Below are positions 26,915 to 45,957 of a stretch of DNA of 57,926 nucleotides, piece by piece. Within the stretch, counting starts at the first letter, position 1. Each line of letters opens with the position of its first letter. Made by a program: the position numbers and the translations under genes. Source of the DNA: Bigelowiella natans CCMP2755 (Eukaryota > Protista > Cercozoa); contig ADNK01003239.1 of assembly GCA_000320545.1 (NCBI GenBank), positions 1 through 57,926 of the forward strand, written 5' to 3'. The notes under the pieces were generated by a model. It was given only the letters and a program-made list of their open reading frames with translations. It ran no database searches and was not told the origin of the DNA.

Positions 26915-27480
26915 AAATGCACAACATCACGGGTGCAACGCTTCTCGCGCTTGCACGCATTTCGTCTCGCGTGTGCTGCGCTTAAATCAATCGTAACATG
27001 TTGTCGATTATTGCATCTTTTGATTGAAGCTTTCAGTTTTTGCATGTGGTGTGGCAGACACAGGACCTGCTACGCTTGCTTCATTTGCATGGCCTATACA
27101 TAGCAGCTGTGCACATGCAGTCGCATGATCAAAGGCGGACATTCGATAGCCCTTATCCGCCGCGAATACAACGCTATGACTTTTCGCTAGCATATATCAT
27201 TACTACAGACATAATAAAAAATCAATCTATCAATATTGACCGGCAATCACGCGTGCAGCCGCTGTGCCATAAAAAAAAGCATCAGTAGTAGGCAGAAACA
27301 CTAAAACTAATATCCTAACGATAAGTAACATGGACTAAGCTACATATGTCACATATATAGCAGATTTATAGATTGCCGTGCGTCCATTACGTACACGCTC
27401 CCCGACGTCCTCTATATTACTCATCCAGCATCTCAATAAAGCGCATAGCTGCATGCCACTCGCGTTACATACGATGCGAG
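26915..27480. repeat. Palindrome-rich island at the convergent RluA-N / ArfGAP junction
   Basis: Dense TGCA/CATG/CGCG/GCTAGC/CAGCTG words and no microsatellites; weaker than the other islands (no TCTAGA seen). Confidence 0.5.
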
Positions 27481-27664
27481 TCACACACATCCTTCATTTT
27501 ACATTTAACATTATCCTTTGTATATCGTAATGGCAGATTGCTACTAGCTTTGGAAGTCCCTTTATTACATAGCACAAAGGCCTTGATTATAACGACGTTT
27601 TGGTTAATAAGGATAATGCAGCTTTCGGATAATTCGAACTTATCCAAACATATGCAATACTAAA

Positions 27665-28188
27665 TCACACGAAGATTTTTCTTGGTTCTTCACCGGATGG
27701 GGCTACTTTTAAATTTGAAGCTGCCTACCACGATCCATCCCATCGCTTTCCATCAATAACAAATACATCCCATTGAATTCAGAGACGCATTTATCAAATT
27801 AAAAATAGATACACATATCACAACGTATTAGAATAATACCCAAGACTCCGATTTCGATCCAAATTTGTCTGCAATCCAGTGCATTCCAGAAACAACTCGT
27901 TCCCATGGCCTCACTGGCAAAATGTGTACCAGCATCATATATTCTCTTCACAGACTAATTTAAGAGGAGTGCTGCCTCTTGATGTTGTTAGGAAAAGTAC
28001 CTTTCTGGTGTATGATGCAAAGCTGGGACCATATATCGCTCAAATAATCCAGAATTTGCTGCTGATGCTTCTGGTATCCTCCATTGCCATAGTGATAATA
28101 CGATTCTCTTCTGAATGACATTACCAATGAAAGCATGTACGGCAGAATCAATATATATATATATATATATATATATATGGTGATAGTC

Positions 28189-28219
<31 letters not shown>

Positions 28220-29107
28220 GTTTCGATCATGATTTCCATTACCTTCGTCGCTCCCATTGTTGTTGATAAAAGCTACTTCTGCCAGCGGTGCCTCTGCTAT
28301 TACTACTACGGCTGCGTGGAATGCTTCTGCTGCTGCTACTACCAGGACGAGGATACGATTCCTGGTCAATACTGAAATATGCGTCATCATCATCATCATC
28401 ATTATCATCATCATCATCACCGAACAGCCAAGTTTGCAGCAGCAACAGCATGTGGCACATGAAAATGATCTCCCCATCTCCATCCTTCGCTTCATTTGGA
28501 AGCATGAGGAGGTAGTTGAGCTCTCACAGTCAAATGACGATAGGTGGATATGTTTCACTGTAGGCAGCACCAACCACGAGAAGAGAGACTTACTTTGTTT
28601 TAAAACATTTGTAGAGAATCTACACCTGCTTTCCACCACCACCGCCACCACTATCACAACTAATATTACTCCTACTTCTTTAATTACTACCGTTTCCTTC
28701 CTCCTGCTATGCCTTGATATCTCAATGATTGTTGTGCTCCAGCACTTGAAGAAGAAGAAGATGATGACGACGACGAGAACGTGGCTGCTGCTGCTGTATT
28801 CTGCATATGGTTGGTCTGCGAAGAGGAGTTCCCTTCATGATTGTTGTGAATGCCATTAACATTTCTAAGAAGATGACTGTGTCCAAAGCCAATGAACCTG
28901 TTGTTGCTTTGATGGGAATGATCATCATGATCATCGTCATCGTTATCGTTTGCTTGGTCGATGATGATACCATCATCATTGTGGTCAACTTCAGCAATGG
29001 CAGTATCTTCAGGTATAGCAGTATATGTATCGTCTCCGTGATCTTTCTTATCTAAATTATGATATAAAATATACATTTATAATATACACACATTATGTAT
29101 ATATAAA

Positions 29108-29143
<36 letters not shown>

Positions 29144-29316
29144 TCATCACCTTTCAGTTTGCGTTCGGTCTTCTCTGCTTGTTGCTTCATCATTGCCTCC
29201 TCCTGCATCTTCCTTCTATACGTCGCAACATGCTCGTTCTATAACATCATCATCACCAACCAATCATTGCGTTTCTGATAAGGAGCATAAGCGCGCAGAT
29301 ATCAAGTATACTTGTA

Positions 29317-29358
<42 letters not shown>

Positions 29359-30035
29359 CATCACCTTATACTTGATGTGAATCGGTAGCCATCGTTCCAC
29401 TTTGTGGCTATAGTTGCGAATGGAATCAATCAGTCAAGTGCGGGGTTGTGCATGTGCGTGGTCTAAGAATTTTCGTTTTTTTCTGCTCCAGGGAGAGGCA
29501 ACGAGATCATTGTGGCAAGTAACCGTTGCATTGTACTCTTGGTGACTTTGAAAAATCGTGCACATAACAGTCCCGGAAGGGAAAATGGCGGCGAGGTAAA
29601 TGACTCTACAACATTTTTACAACTGACCGCTCACAATAATCCAAGAACTTCTGATTCCCACCACACAACATCGCCTATTAAACGCATAATGATGGTGATG
29701 ATGACGAATATTAGTTATTTCCATAGAATATTGGAGGTTTTGATTCTTCTAATCCTGCTACTACTACCTCTACTACTGCTACTACTAAGCCTTTACTATA
29801 ATAATTCATCGCATCTTCCTTCTGCTACTACCACTCCTATTACAACTACAACAACAACAACAACTACTACTACTACTACTACATCATAGAGCATCTTTTC
29901 TACGATGATGAAACAATTCATTTCTAACATTTCGCAGCAGCAGCAGCAGCAAGAATAATGCATGGTGTTGACCTGGATTTGGTCGTGATGCCATGTATCC
30001 AATGCAAGTGAGCGAACGAAGCTTATCTGATGGAA

Positions 30036-30073
<38 letters not shown>

Positions 30074-30122
30074 AACACAAAAACATATTTATACATAATT
30101 TCTAATAATATATATTTACACG

Positions 30123-30165
<43 letters not shown>

Positions 30166-30506
30166 TGTGTTTTAATTATTGATTTGTTGATTCTATGAGA
30201 TAAAAGGAAGCATTCCTAAAATATCAATTCCGTGGCCGGTTGGCGATCTACTACTATTGCTACTGCTACTGCAACTGCTACTATTACTCACTCACCTTCG
30301 TCCCCATACTTCTGTGCTTTCCTGCACAACCCAAGCATATCAAAGTACCTAGAATATAGAGTATTTAGTTATTTGTTGTAAACAGTTGGTAGAACGTAGT
30401 AATGGCAGGTAGTAGCAGAAGCATAAGCAGTAGCAGCAGTAGTAATAGTAGTGGTAGTAGTAGTAATAGTAGTGGTAGTAGTAGTAATAGTAGAAACGCC
30501 TGGAAG

Positions 30507-30539
<33 letters not shown>

Positions 30540-30578
30540 GAATATGCCGGTTGGTCGTTCATTACAACGACTGTCGCT

Positions 30579-30613
<35 letters not shown>

Positions 30614-32081
30614 TTGTCACCATATGTCAGAGAAGCCCATTGTGGTCCTTTGATCGAGCATTCAACGCATCGATCATTTCCTGAACCGCATTAGCAAAGA
30701 TGGAGGGGGGAAAGAGGGGGGCGATGAGGAGACATCATGGAGGCGGAAACCATGGTAAAAATAAGGATAATATTACGAGAAGCAGAGATTGATATTTGAT
30801 CCAAAAACAGGGGAAAACATCCAACCGGAATATGATCCTCAATATGATGACGATTTATGTTGAAGGTTGGTACACCTGACGATGACCTCCCTACACGTGT
30901 GTCTACAATTACTACTACTACTACTACTACTACTACTACAACTACTGCTAAAAAGAGGAAAGCTACCTTTGAGCATCCGCACGTGCTCGATGCGCGACCA
31001 CGACGTCTGCAATTCTGACGAAGATGCTGAAGCTGATGATGATGATGAAGACGGCACTGATTTTCTAACAGCGTCTTCTTGACCTCCACTCGTATCGTCG
31101 TTACCATGATCACTCCCACCTCCTCCTTGGATGAAGTAAGTAGTATGTGTTGTAGTACAACAAGAAAAGATGATAAAGATTAAAACAGACATGGTATTTG
31201 TCTTACTGATTGATTTATGGATCCTCTACTACTACTACTTCTAATAATAATAATAATAATACATACGCAATTGAACGGCAAGCGCTTTTCCTTACTCCCG
31301 ACAGATAATAATCTTATCGCTGCCCATGTTGTCCTTCCATCGTTTCAATACTACTTTGTTTAATAACTACGCTTCTCAGCTTCTCTCCCCCCCTCATATT
31401 CTCCTACCAAGTAAGAAATTGCCACGCCTCCTGAAATATAGGCTGCTTCTGCTACTTATCCCCCTCTTGTTGGAATTGGCCGTCTGGTCGCGGAAAGGGA
31501 TATCATCTATAATGGTTATCACAGTGAGCTCTATAAGAAACATGTTGGCGTTTTGGTAGCAGTAGTATCCAAAATCCTGTTGCATGATGAATCATGTTGA
31601 TCTTTTCGTAGTATCCAAAATCTTCTCGCATTCAAGGATTCAATGAATTATGTAGCTCACGATGTTTCATACGACCTATTCCGAGCCTGACTACTCCCTT
31701 GTCGTTCCTAGAAGAACGAAATTGCGCTGTGTCTGCCATCGCTGGTGCAAGCGTCGTCAGTATCAGAAGCAGTGGTAGTACTCCTCTACACAGTGTCGAA
31801 TAGAAATGGGGAGGAGGCTGCTGCAGCTCCTCTGTAACAAAGTGAGAACGGATCGAGGAAGAAGGGGAAGTTGTAGAAGGAAAAATACAGCGCTTCTTCT
31901 CCCGATAATGATGAGGATGGTTGTATATCCTCCTTTGGTCATTGATAACGACGTGCGAGGAAGAGGTGATGGTGCAATTCGGGGGCTGCTGCTGCTGCTG
32001 CTGCTGCCTTAATTTCTCTGTGCTCCCCTTTTTATGCCGAACTCGTGAAACGATTATAGCGCCAGCATTTAATTCTGCCAT
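27665..32081 (-). CDS. ArfGAP-domain protein with a long N-terminal extension
   Basis: GNDRCVECSIKGPQWASLTY|GTLICLGCAGKHRSMGTK|ISFVRSLALDTW (exons ~30621-30680, ~30296-30348, ~29973-30026) gives the ArfGAP CxxC-x16-CxxC-x4-R motif; KYK|NEHVATYRRKM follows. The first and last exons are uncertain. Confidence 0.85.
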
Positions 32082-32745
32082 CGCAATCACCTGTATGACG
32101 AGATAGAAGGCAGGAGTAGGGGCAAATAGACAGCAGCAGGGCCCATTGACACGACGGGGCGTGGCAAGCTGGTGGAATGATTGTTGTGATTTTTGTTGTT
32201 CAACTTATGGCTAATAGGAAATTTATATATAGATATTTCGAGGATATGAATGTCTCGTTGAAAATTATCATCTTTGGAGAGGGATGTGACTTCCTACATT
32301 AACAAACTGAATGCAGATTCCGGGTAATTAATGATGCGACTTTGTACTAAAAGTATCTAACTAAATAACAACAACAATTACAACAATGATGATGATAGTG
32401 TGCGACTCACATAACAGTGTTTGTCAGATCTAACTACTCAAAAACCCTCCTTCCCCACAACAACGTCCTTGTTGTTGCGTACGTTCGTGCGTGCGTGCGG
32501 AAGAGAAAGAAAAAGAGGAAGAAGAAGGAGAAGAAGAGGAGGAGGAGAAGACCCATCTTTTGCAAAAAGAAAGTGAGCAAATAGCAGCTTGATTCTTGTA
32601 ACTTCAACTATTACTCCAGCAACGATCCACGCACGAACATATTCTTCCCTGGTTATCATTATCTTTGTCTCATAAGATTGCTGTACACTGCTACTTTCTT
32701 CCACCTTGATTCAAGCTGTTCATATAGTTGGAATTGCTTTCCGCA
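32082..32745. promoter_or_regulatory. Divergent promoter region, ArfGAP / PWWP
   Basis: Lies between head-to-head starts; TGCGAC at 32335 and 32401. Confidence 0.5.
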
Positions 32746-35700
32746 ATGTCTTCTTCAAGCTACAAAGTTAATGATGTTGTCTGGGTCAGATATGGCGATT
32801 ATCCTTGGTAACAAAAATTTCAACCAGCACACGCGCGTATATTATTGATTATCTGTCACACATCTCACACGTCAACATATATTGTCCTCATTGATACAAG
32901 CGAACTTGAAAATAGTAGAGCTGGTCGCTAGAATTGTTAAAAATCACAGGCATACGAAGAAGCAGCTATAAATATATAAACTCGACACTCAATTCTAGTT
33001 CTTGTGACATGATTCATGTCGCGTGAAAAAACTCTCCGTGTTTGGGTTTCTTTGCTAGAGAGTTCTCTGGTGTTGATAAAAAATAATGAGGATATAATAT
33101 CAGGTGGCCTTCCGTCGTATTCCCTTTACACATGGCTACTGCAGAACATAAGCAAGCTCGACCGAGAGACAAACGTGCCATCATGGTTGTGCAGCTGTTG
33201 CTTTTGTAACACTATTAAGCGTAGTTATGTGGCATCCTGATCGTATCATTTATTACAATTTTATGTTGTTGTTGTTGTTGTTGTACGTTATTGATTCCCG
33301 ATAGCTAGCACTTACCATGATTAGAATTGCATTTGAATGGATGTGCAACTCCTAACTTCAAGTTGTGCTCAAGATATATGACAAGTATAATACAACTATA
33401 GGTCCGATTCTTTGACCCTGACGGAAGTGTAGCGTGGCCGACTCCTAGGGATTTACGTCCTTGGTAGTAACCTCTTCCAGCAATACAACTTAAACTGTCA
33501 AAGAACCATTGATGCACATACTAAACAAATCAAGTTTGCCGACTGCATTCCATTTTATGAAATTCTTTAGTACTCATTCTCCTCCTTTAAATTATAATTT
33601 ACAAAGTCTCTGTTATCTTAATGTGATGAAGAAGCCTCTGCATCATTGATACGTAACATCAAGCACTAATCCATCATCATTAACATCATCGTTATGATCA
33701 GGAATTGCAAAAAGGCGGAAAAATATAAGAAAAACAAAGAAGTACAGTCTTCAGTCAGGGAAGCAGAATCATTTATCAGAGATGGAAAAAAAGTTGAAGA
33801 CGAATATAAAGAAGCTGCTGTAAGTTCTGAGTCACGAGAAATATGCATTTGATGTTGCTGACTGCTAACTAGTGATGGCGATATTGGTGACGTTGGCATT
33901 CAATGTAGCTGATAATGATATGATAATTTATTACAGTAACAAAACTGCATGATAATTACTTAGGGACCGTCTGCCTCTTCCAGTGACGAAGATGATGATG
34001 ATAGTGAAGAAGACAGCGACGATGGAGATCAGAACGATGTAAATAAAGAACAAGATCATAAACAGACAGAGGAGGATGGAGATGACAAAGATGATGATGA
34101 TAATAATGCGGATGGGAATGAAGAGGAAGAAATAGAAGATTCTAGCATGGCTAAAACATCTGAAGTACCGAAGAAGATGAATAAAAAGCTGGTGAAGGGC
34201 GACAAGAAGATAAACGGAAAGAAAGAGTCTGAGCAAGCAACTGAGTCAGTAGCTGTTGCAACAGAACAAGATGAACAAGAAAAACGACCTTTTGATAATG
34301 ACGTTGACAATGATGAAGGTCACGCTAGGAAAGGACGACGTTTAAAAAGTCTCGCTGAAGTAGATGCGGAGGATGATGATGAAGAGGATGACGATGTTGA
34401 GGATGATGATCGTCACCGTGAAGAAGCAAACGAACAAGATCGTGACTATGACGAGGAGGAGGATGATAATGATGGTGATGACGGCGTTCACATTAAACCC
34501 AAGAAGAAGAAGAAGAAAAAGCGGGAAAAGAATAGCATCGCTAGAGATAACCACGAAGGGAGGAAATATGACAGCCATAATGACGAAAACAAGAAGAAAC
34601 GAAGACGCCAATCGACCGGCCCAGCGACAAATAGTAGCAGCAGCAGCAGCGGTGAGAAGAGCAAAAGAAGAAAGAGGAATGGAAAACAAAAAATTACCAG
34701 TATCGTAAATGCCAAGGATGAGAAGAATGAATACAGCAGCACAAAACGGAAGCGAAAGATGGGCCTTACGTCTAAGACAACAACGATGCCAACAGCGCTT
34801 CAGAAAAAGAGGAAGAAGCAAAAATCTGGTGGCGAGAAAAAACGAGCTAAGGTGTAATACACGCATATTCAACTTGTACTGTACCTTCATTTTCAAGCAT
34901 TTGTGTAATTAATTGACACATTATTGTCATCATGGGGCATCATCATCATCATCATCATCATCATCATTGTCATCATTGGCTCTATCCTCAGCGCCGCCAC
35001 CATTATTCTCTCATCAAATTTCCTTCCTCCATGTAAAACCCTTTAACATGCAGATTGTTTGTTTCAGGAAAGGGTAACGCCGGGAACAGAGATGCAGCAG
35101 CAAAATATCAGCAGCAAGAATCATACTAATAAGATAGATATTGATGATTCTCCTCATAGTTCTCCCCATCGTGTCGGGATGGAAGAGTTTGAGGAAGAGA
35201 TTGGGGGAGGGGGGGGGATATCTGAGATGGTAATAGAGTAGCATTAGTAGTAAGGCAGGAAGTAGTGGGAGCATAAATTTCTTGCAGTTTGTGCTTATTG
35301 TTTTGATGGTTCCTCGCCCTCTTTTCCTTTTTCTCCTCTTTTTTCTCAACTGGAACTAAGTAAATAAGGCAGATCAAATAAGGCAGATCAATCTGCCATA
35401 GTGTCTTGTGGTCTCTCTGTACCTAGTTTCAATTGCTTTTGTTTCAACAATTGTGTTTCACTACGACTACTACGACTACTACTGTTGCTGCTACTGTATC
35501 AAAAACAGAGAAATCTTCAAAGTAAACTTAAAAACAAACTCGAATTGCGCAAGAAAAAGGCGAAAGCAGCACAAGTGAAGAAACGAAAGGTATTACAACC
35601 ACTGTCGCTAAATGCTGCTACTACCAGTAGTAGAACAGAAATGAACAGATGACTTCCGTTAGCTGAGTGAAGGAAAAGGACAGCGAATCTCATTATCATA

Positions 35701-36928
35701 AGCATGTAACCATTTCCACATTATGAAGTTTTTCCTATTACCACAGCTCAGAGAACAGAGAGATGAACTGAAAGAACGGTTGCAGGAACTTAGCAGAGAA
35801 TTGAAACAGCTCACAGAGGAAAACGATGTAATAAATCGGCGATAGCTCGAAAGCATAGAATATTGTAAAAGTTACATCTTGATTACACCATCCCGTCCCA
35901 TATTTGTAGCGGAAATTTGAGTTGACTGTTTCTGTGTTTACCCCTGTTACAAATCAGTACAACGAGAAGATGATGAGCCAGAGAGAAAAGTCTCCTTCGG
36001 CGCGACTTCCACAATCACCGTTGCAACAAGAAAAACAGCAGCCACCATCTTCAAAATTAGTCAATTCTGATCCGAGCAACCCTATCAAGAAAGAAAAGGG
36101 GGAACAGACAGAGAATAGCAAAGATGTAGATGAAGGGAAGATGCAAGTGACAAATGAAGAAGGGCATACTGATGATATTCCTGCTGCTGGTACTTCCACA
36201 GCTAATAATGGCGAAACAGGTAGCCCTACATCGGCAGTGAAAGCAAGAGATGCAGAGACTTCGACGCCAGTCGACCCGAAGTTTAAAAAGGGGGAAATGG
36301 TCCTGAATAAAGGCGTGATGGCTCGAGTCGAGGGTGTGCACCACCAGAGCGAAAGCTACACACTCGACTGTGGCAACGGACGGTTATATTACACCGTATC
36401 ACTTCACACTTCATCATGTTTGGATAATGATATTTCCTTCACATGCATGATGAAGTAGACCGATTTTAGAGCTTTGTGCGCCATTCTCCTGTCTTCTCTC
36501 ACTTTTCCTTGATCTTTTGATAAAACAATGAAAACTTGCCCAGGACGCCAAATGTGCCATTCGGATCAGCCAACATCAAGTCTCCACACCACTCAAAAAA
36601 CACTTCACACTCTTCCACCACCACGAAGATTGGAGACCAGGACAAAAAAGATGAAGATGAAAAGATTGCGGTTACTGCCCAAAATACAAACTCTCCAACG
36701 GAAAATATGGTCGACGAGAAAGAACAAAATATTGAAAACGAAGACAATGAGAAGGAAGGGAAGGAACCTGGAAGAAAGATGACCATGGCTGTTTCTTCTT
36801 CTTCCAACTCGAATATTGTGAATGGCGGTGAAGATACTTCAGGAAAAATGGAGACCGAAGAAAATGAGAAAGAGAAAAGTAACAACGCAGAGGATGTGAA
36901 AGCAAAAATCGAAAACCAATCAAGCTGA
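32746..36928 (+). CDS. PWWP-domain chromatin protein with acidic and basic low-complexity tracts, a coiled coil and a Tudor/KOW-like segment
   Basis: MSSSSYKVNDVVWVRYGDYPW|WPSVV...VRFFDPDGSVAW (PWWP motif split by intron 1); D/E- and K-rich exon ~33964-34851; FKKGEMVLNKGVMARVEGV..SYTLD at ~36282-36370; stop at 36928. Confidence 0.8.
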
Positions 36929-36939
36929 ATGCACAAACG

Positions 36940-37550
36940 AACTACATCTCTATAGATCTACATAAATCATTATTGCCATCAACATTGTCAGATTGGGGAG
37001 AAATGATGTTTACTTGCTATGCATTGATAAATAATTGATGATTGAGGGGACCAATCAGAAGCACAACGGTGAAAATTCGCAATGCGCACCGCCACACACT
37101 CACAAAGTCTACATGCATCCATGACATCTACAGACACGCTATGCAGGCGCAGTGTTCACTTCTAGACTTATCTAACATGACGCTAGAACGAATAACGAAC
37201 AGGCACATATTTCTAGACATGCTACGCTATACGCTATATAGCATGCTGTGTAGCTAGAGTAGCTAGGTCGGCTACTGAGTAGGCTCGCTAGCTCGGGCAT
37301 CAATAACCGTTCATAAGATAGACCGCTTTGCTTACTAGCTTAGCTTGAGTTTCTAGAATTTGTGGTGGCCCGCACCATCAGAAAGTCAAAAGTTGCATGT
37401 TCGCGCATAATAGACATACGCGTGTGCAGAATGTAGGATTTTGAAACTAACATTGTATAATTGCACATATCTAGATTGCCTAGCTAGCTAGAGACATACA
37501 TGTGCGTAGCAGCATATGTAATCGTATTTAATTTACGCCGTACACAGTGT
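36940..37550. repeat. Palindrome-rich island at the convergent PWWP / VPS28 junction
   Basis: TCTAGA at 37161, 37212, 37352 and 37470; CTAGCTAGCTAG; ACATGT; ACGCGT. Confidence 0.7.
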
Positions 37551-37657
37551 TCCACATCAGCCAATCGCACCTTTCTCACATCTTACTATATGTTCAAACT
37601 TATATCCTGCCTCATTACTATACATCGAACACAAACAGTCTCTTTGTGAGGATATCA

Positions 37658-38745
37658 TTAAATCGTCCTATACCAGTTATCATAAGCTGTTTGGAGTTCG
37701 AAAGTCATCTGGAAGAAATAGACATTCAGTATGATCTCAAAAATATGATTGATATCATCACCTGGCGTAATTCATCGTCCGTGAGACGGTAGCTTGCGGG
37801 TTTCTCATTCAACTTCACCAACCACTCTTTAACCTTGATTATAGGAACGATACGTTAGCATACATGCCCCTCAAAGTCGCAGCAATCAAACCTTCACTTT
37901 TGCTAAATGATCCTCTGAAAGTTTCTTAACTTTGTTCAGACTTGCCATTAAATTGCTCAAATTCGGATGTAACTACGGACACAGTATCCCAGTAAGTATT
38001 AAAGTTATGGTATCCTTTGATTGACCGAACCTGGTCTACGTCACGCATGTCTAGCTCCAAGCCGTTCAGAGTCGTAATGTATGTTTGTACAGCTTCAAAT
38101 ACGTACTAATATGAACACATCAGATGCTCAATATGGATGCATTTCCATGTTACGATGCAACAGCTCGAATGTTTCTGAGAATTACCTTCTGATCATTGGC
38201 TTCCTTATCTTTTGACGTAGCACTGCCGTATTCCACAGTTGCAGGAACTCCGACCTAATACAATTGCGTAATGTGTTTGCTAATGTCTGAATGCCTTCAA
38301 ATTTACCATATCAATGTTTCATGTAACTTATTATTACCCTAAGAAGTCGATTTCCCGCAGCTTTGCAATCCATATGATATTCCGTAATAAACTTATCGAT
38401 ATTAGGAACTAGTTGCGAACACGCTGCTTTCAGTGTCTTAAACTTAGAAATTAACTTCTTGCAAGCATCAGTATATTTCTCTTCTGATACCGCATCTCTT
38501 GTGTACGCGGTCTCTAAATGATCGACTGTTTTTATCAAAGAGTACAGATCCGCCATCTGATCTATTTTCTGGCGCTCCTGATGATAGTGGTAATAATTAA
38601 AATTGTACAATAAGATAAATATAAATGTAATGGTAAATTAAAACTTTACCGCGGTGGTTGTATATAGTTTGATCTTGGGCAGTTTATTTTCTTCAGGTGG
38701 GGATTGGGATCGTAACGATGATGATGGTGATGACGAGGACGCCAT
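37658..38745 (-). CDS. VPS28: ESCRT-I subunit VPS28
   Basis: IKLYTTTA|ERQKIDQMADLYSLIKTVDHLETAYTRDAV..YTDACKKLISKFK..CKAAGNRL; VGVPATVE; EAVQTYITTLNGLEL; VKEWLVKLN..LTDDELRQ|MTFELQTAYDNW then stop. The ATG at 38745 is in frame. Confidence 0.93.
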
Positions 38746-38838
38746 TGCGTTTCAATGTTCTAGCCTGTTGATTTAGTTTTCCAGAATTTATGGTACAATT
38801 AACACCATAATCATACTCACAGTTCAATCTGAACTTCT

Positions 38839-38910
<72 letters not shown>

Positions 38911-39338
38911 TACACACATACGCATACACATACACATACACATACACACATACGTGAGGATTGTGTTGTGGATTTAATGCAACATTACAACGTAACATCA
39001 ACCTGTGAGAGGCCACCCAATTTGGTTGCGACAACTCAATATTAGCGAAAAAGGCTTAAAATAACCAGCAATAAACCAAGGGCGTCAAAAATTCTGAGAA
39101 GGCTTTTGAGAAATCTCCAGCACGTGCTCCGGCAACTTGAGTTTGGATTCGTATTTTTCGAGACATATTGCCATTGTTGCTAAGTCGCAGGATGAAAATA
39201 TAAGGTATTTCCGAATATCTCAACTTTACCAATATATTTCGCAGTAGGACTTCGTCAAACTTCGACGGTGCATCTGCCGTAGCCCCACCCACACTACCCA
39301 ATTGCACGCAACAGCTCTGCAGAATCAAGTCCTTAGAG
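38746..39338. promoter_or_regulatory. Divergent promoter / 5' UTR region, VPS28 / ProRS
   Basis: 593 bp between ATGs; TGCGACA at 39027, GTCGCA at 39184; includes a (CA)n tract at ~38839-38950. Confidence 0.55.
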
Positions 39339-44522
<5,184 letters not shown>

Positions 44523-44619
44523 ATTCGTGGCAGCTCTCAGGTCACGATATAGGCTATTGCCTTTCTTGAGAATGCATTTTCATTAGCAAATCTATATGAT
44601 GAGCAGTTTAAATAAGCTA

Positions 44620-45250
44620 AATACATCTATCACAAATATAGACACACGTAGTAGGCCGTACCACCCCACGTGCTAATTTTGTTCGATCCCCAACATGTAT
44701 GCTACGGCCACATGCATGTTTATAAACGGCGGCGTGAATGCAAAAATGTCGAGACAAACAAGAGAGGATGCGTCCTAGCGTCCGCTGCTTAGCGTTGTAC
44801 ACAGTAGTCGTAGACGATGTAAACAAACAGACGACGACGCGTGTCATCCATCTAGCCGCCAACTCAACGTGGAGACTAAAATAATCTAGATGATGCACAA
44901 TCTGTGTGCGCCGTGCGTGTTGCATGTATGCTGCAATGTTGATATCTACTAAATACTGGAATATTGTCTTAATATTATTTGCGCAACGTAATGACCTGCG
45001 TGTACATAGTGATGCACATCACTTGTGGATAAGTGCTACATCCCAAAAACTATGGCTACATGTAATTAATTTTGCGTGTCTATGTGTTAACACGCTCTTT
45101 CAATGCACATGCATTACATATCATCCAGAGGTGTGATTAAGCCGTCTAGCCGTCGTATCATCGCGTGTGGTAGGTATGATAAGACAGGATGACTCCTAAA
45201 CTCGCTTGTGATACGTTCACATGATCCTCATCACATCACATGTACAGGCA
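44620..45250. repeat. Palindrome-rich island at the convergent ProRS / thaumatin junction
   Basis: ACATGCATGT, TCTAGA at 44885, TGTACA, TGCGCA, ACGCGT; no microsatellites. Confidence 0.6.
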
Positions 45251-45256
45251 TCTTCA

Positions 45257-45506
45257 TCAACAAAACATGATTGTATAAGAACTAACAGTATCAACCGCGC
45301 TTCGACAAGTAAACAAACTGGATTTATCATCGTACGCGTAACTGTAAGCCCCTGGGCAAGACTCCTGCAGTAGTGAAAAATCAGTCATTTCTACTGGATC
45401 TCGGAATTGCAATAAAAGTGGTATGGATGTAGGAGTACAGCGATATTAAATACGGTTTTGACTAAGTTGTGGTGAATGAGTTTCGCGTGAAACAAGACTA
45501 CATATA

Positions 45507-45556
<50 letters not shown>

Positions 45557-45918
45557 TTATGTAATATTGATTACAAATGAAAAAGGAAGAAATAAAGTAA
45601 AACCGTGATTTAACTTCCGCGAGAAGTGCGATATTGTGCACGAACTGAATAGGACGGGAAACAGCGATTGTAACATAGATTTCTGACCTTAAAAATCTCG
45701 GAATACTTCGTAGGAGGACATGCAGTTGGAAGCGCATATGACCCAGTACAGCAATACCTATTTTAAAGTATCAAACTATTTCTATAATGTATTGCAATCT
45801 ACGATTATGAGCTACTTTGGATCTGCGAAGGCGTCACAGGCGCTGTGGCACGCGATCGTCTCGTTTCCATTATTTGCCTAGAAATGATAGGGATATGTTT
45901 CATGTCGCAGATATATTC

Positions 45919-45957
<39 letters not shown>

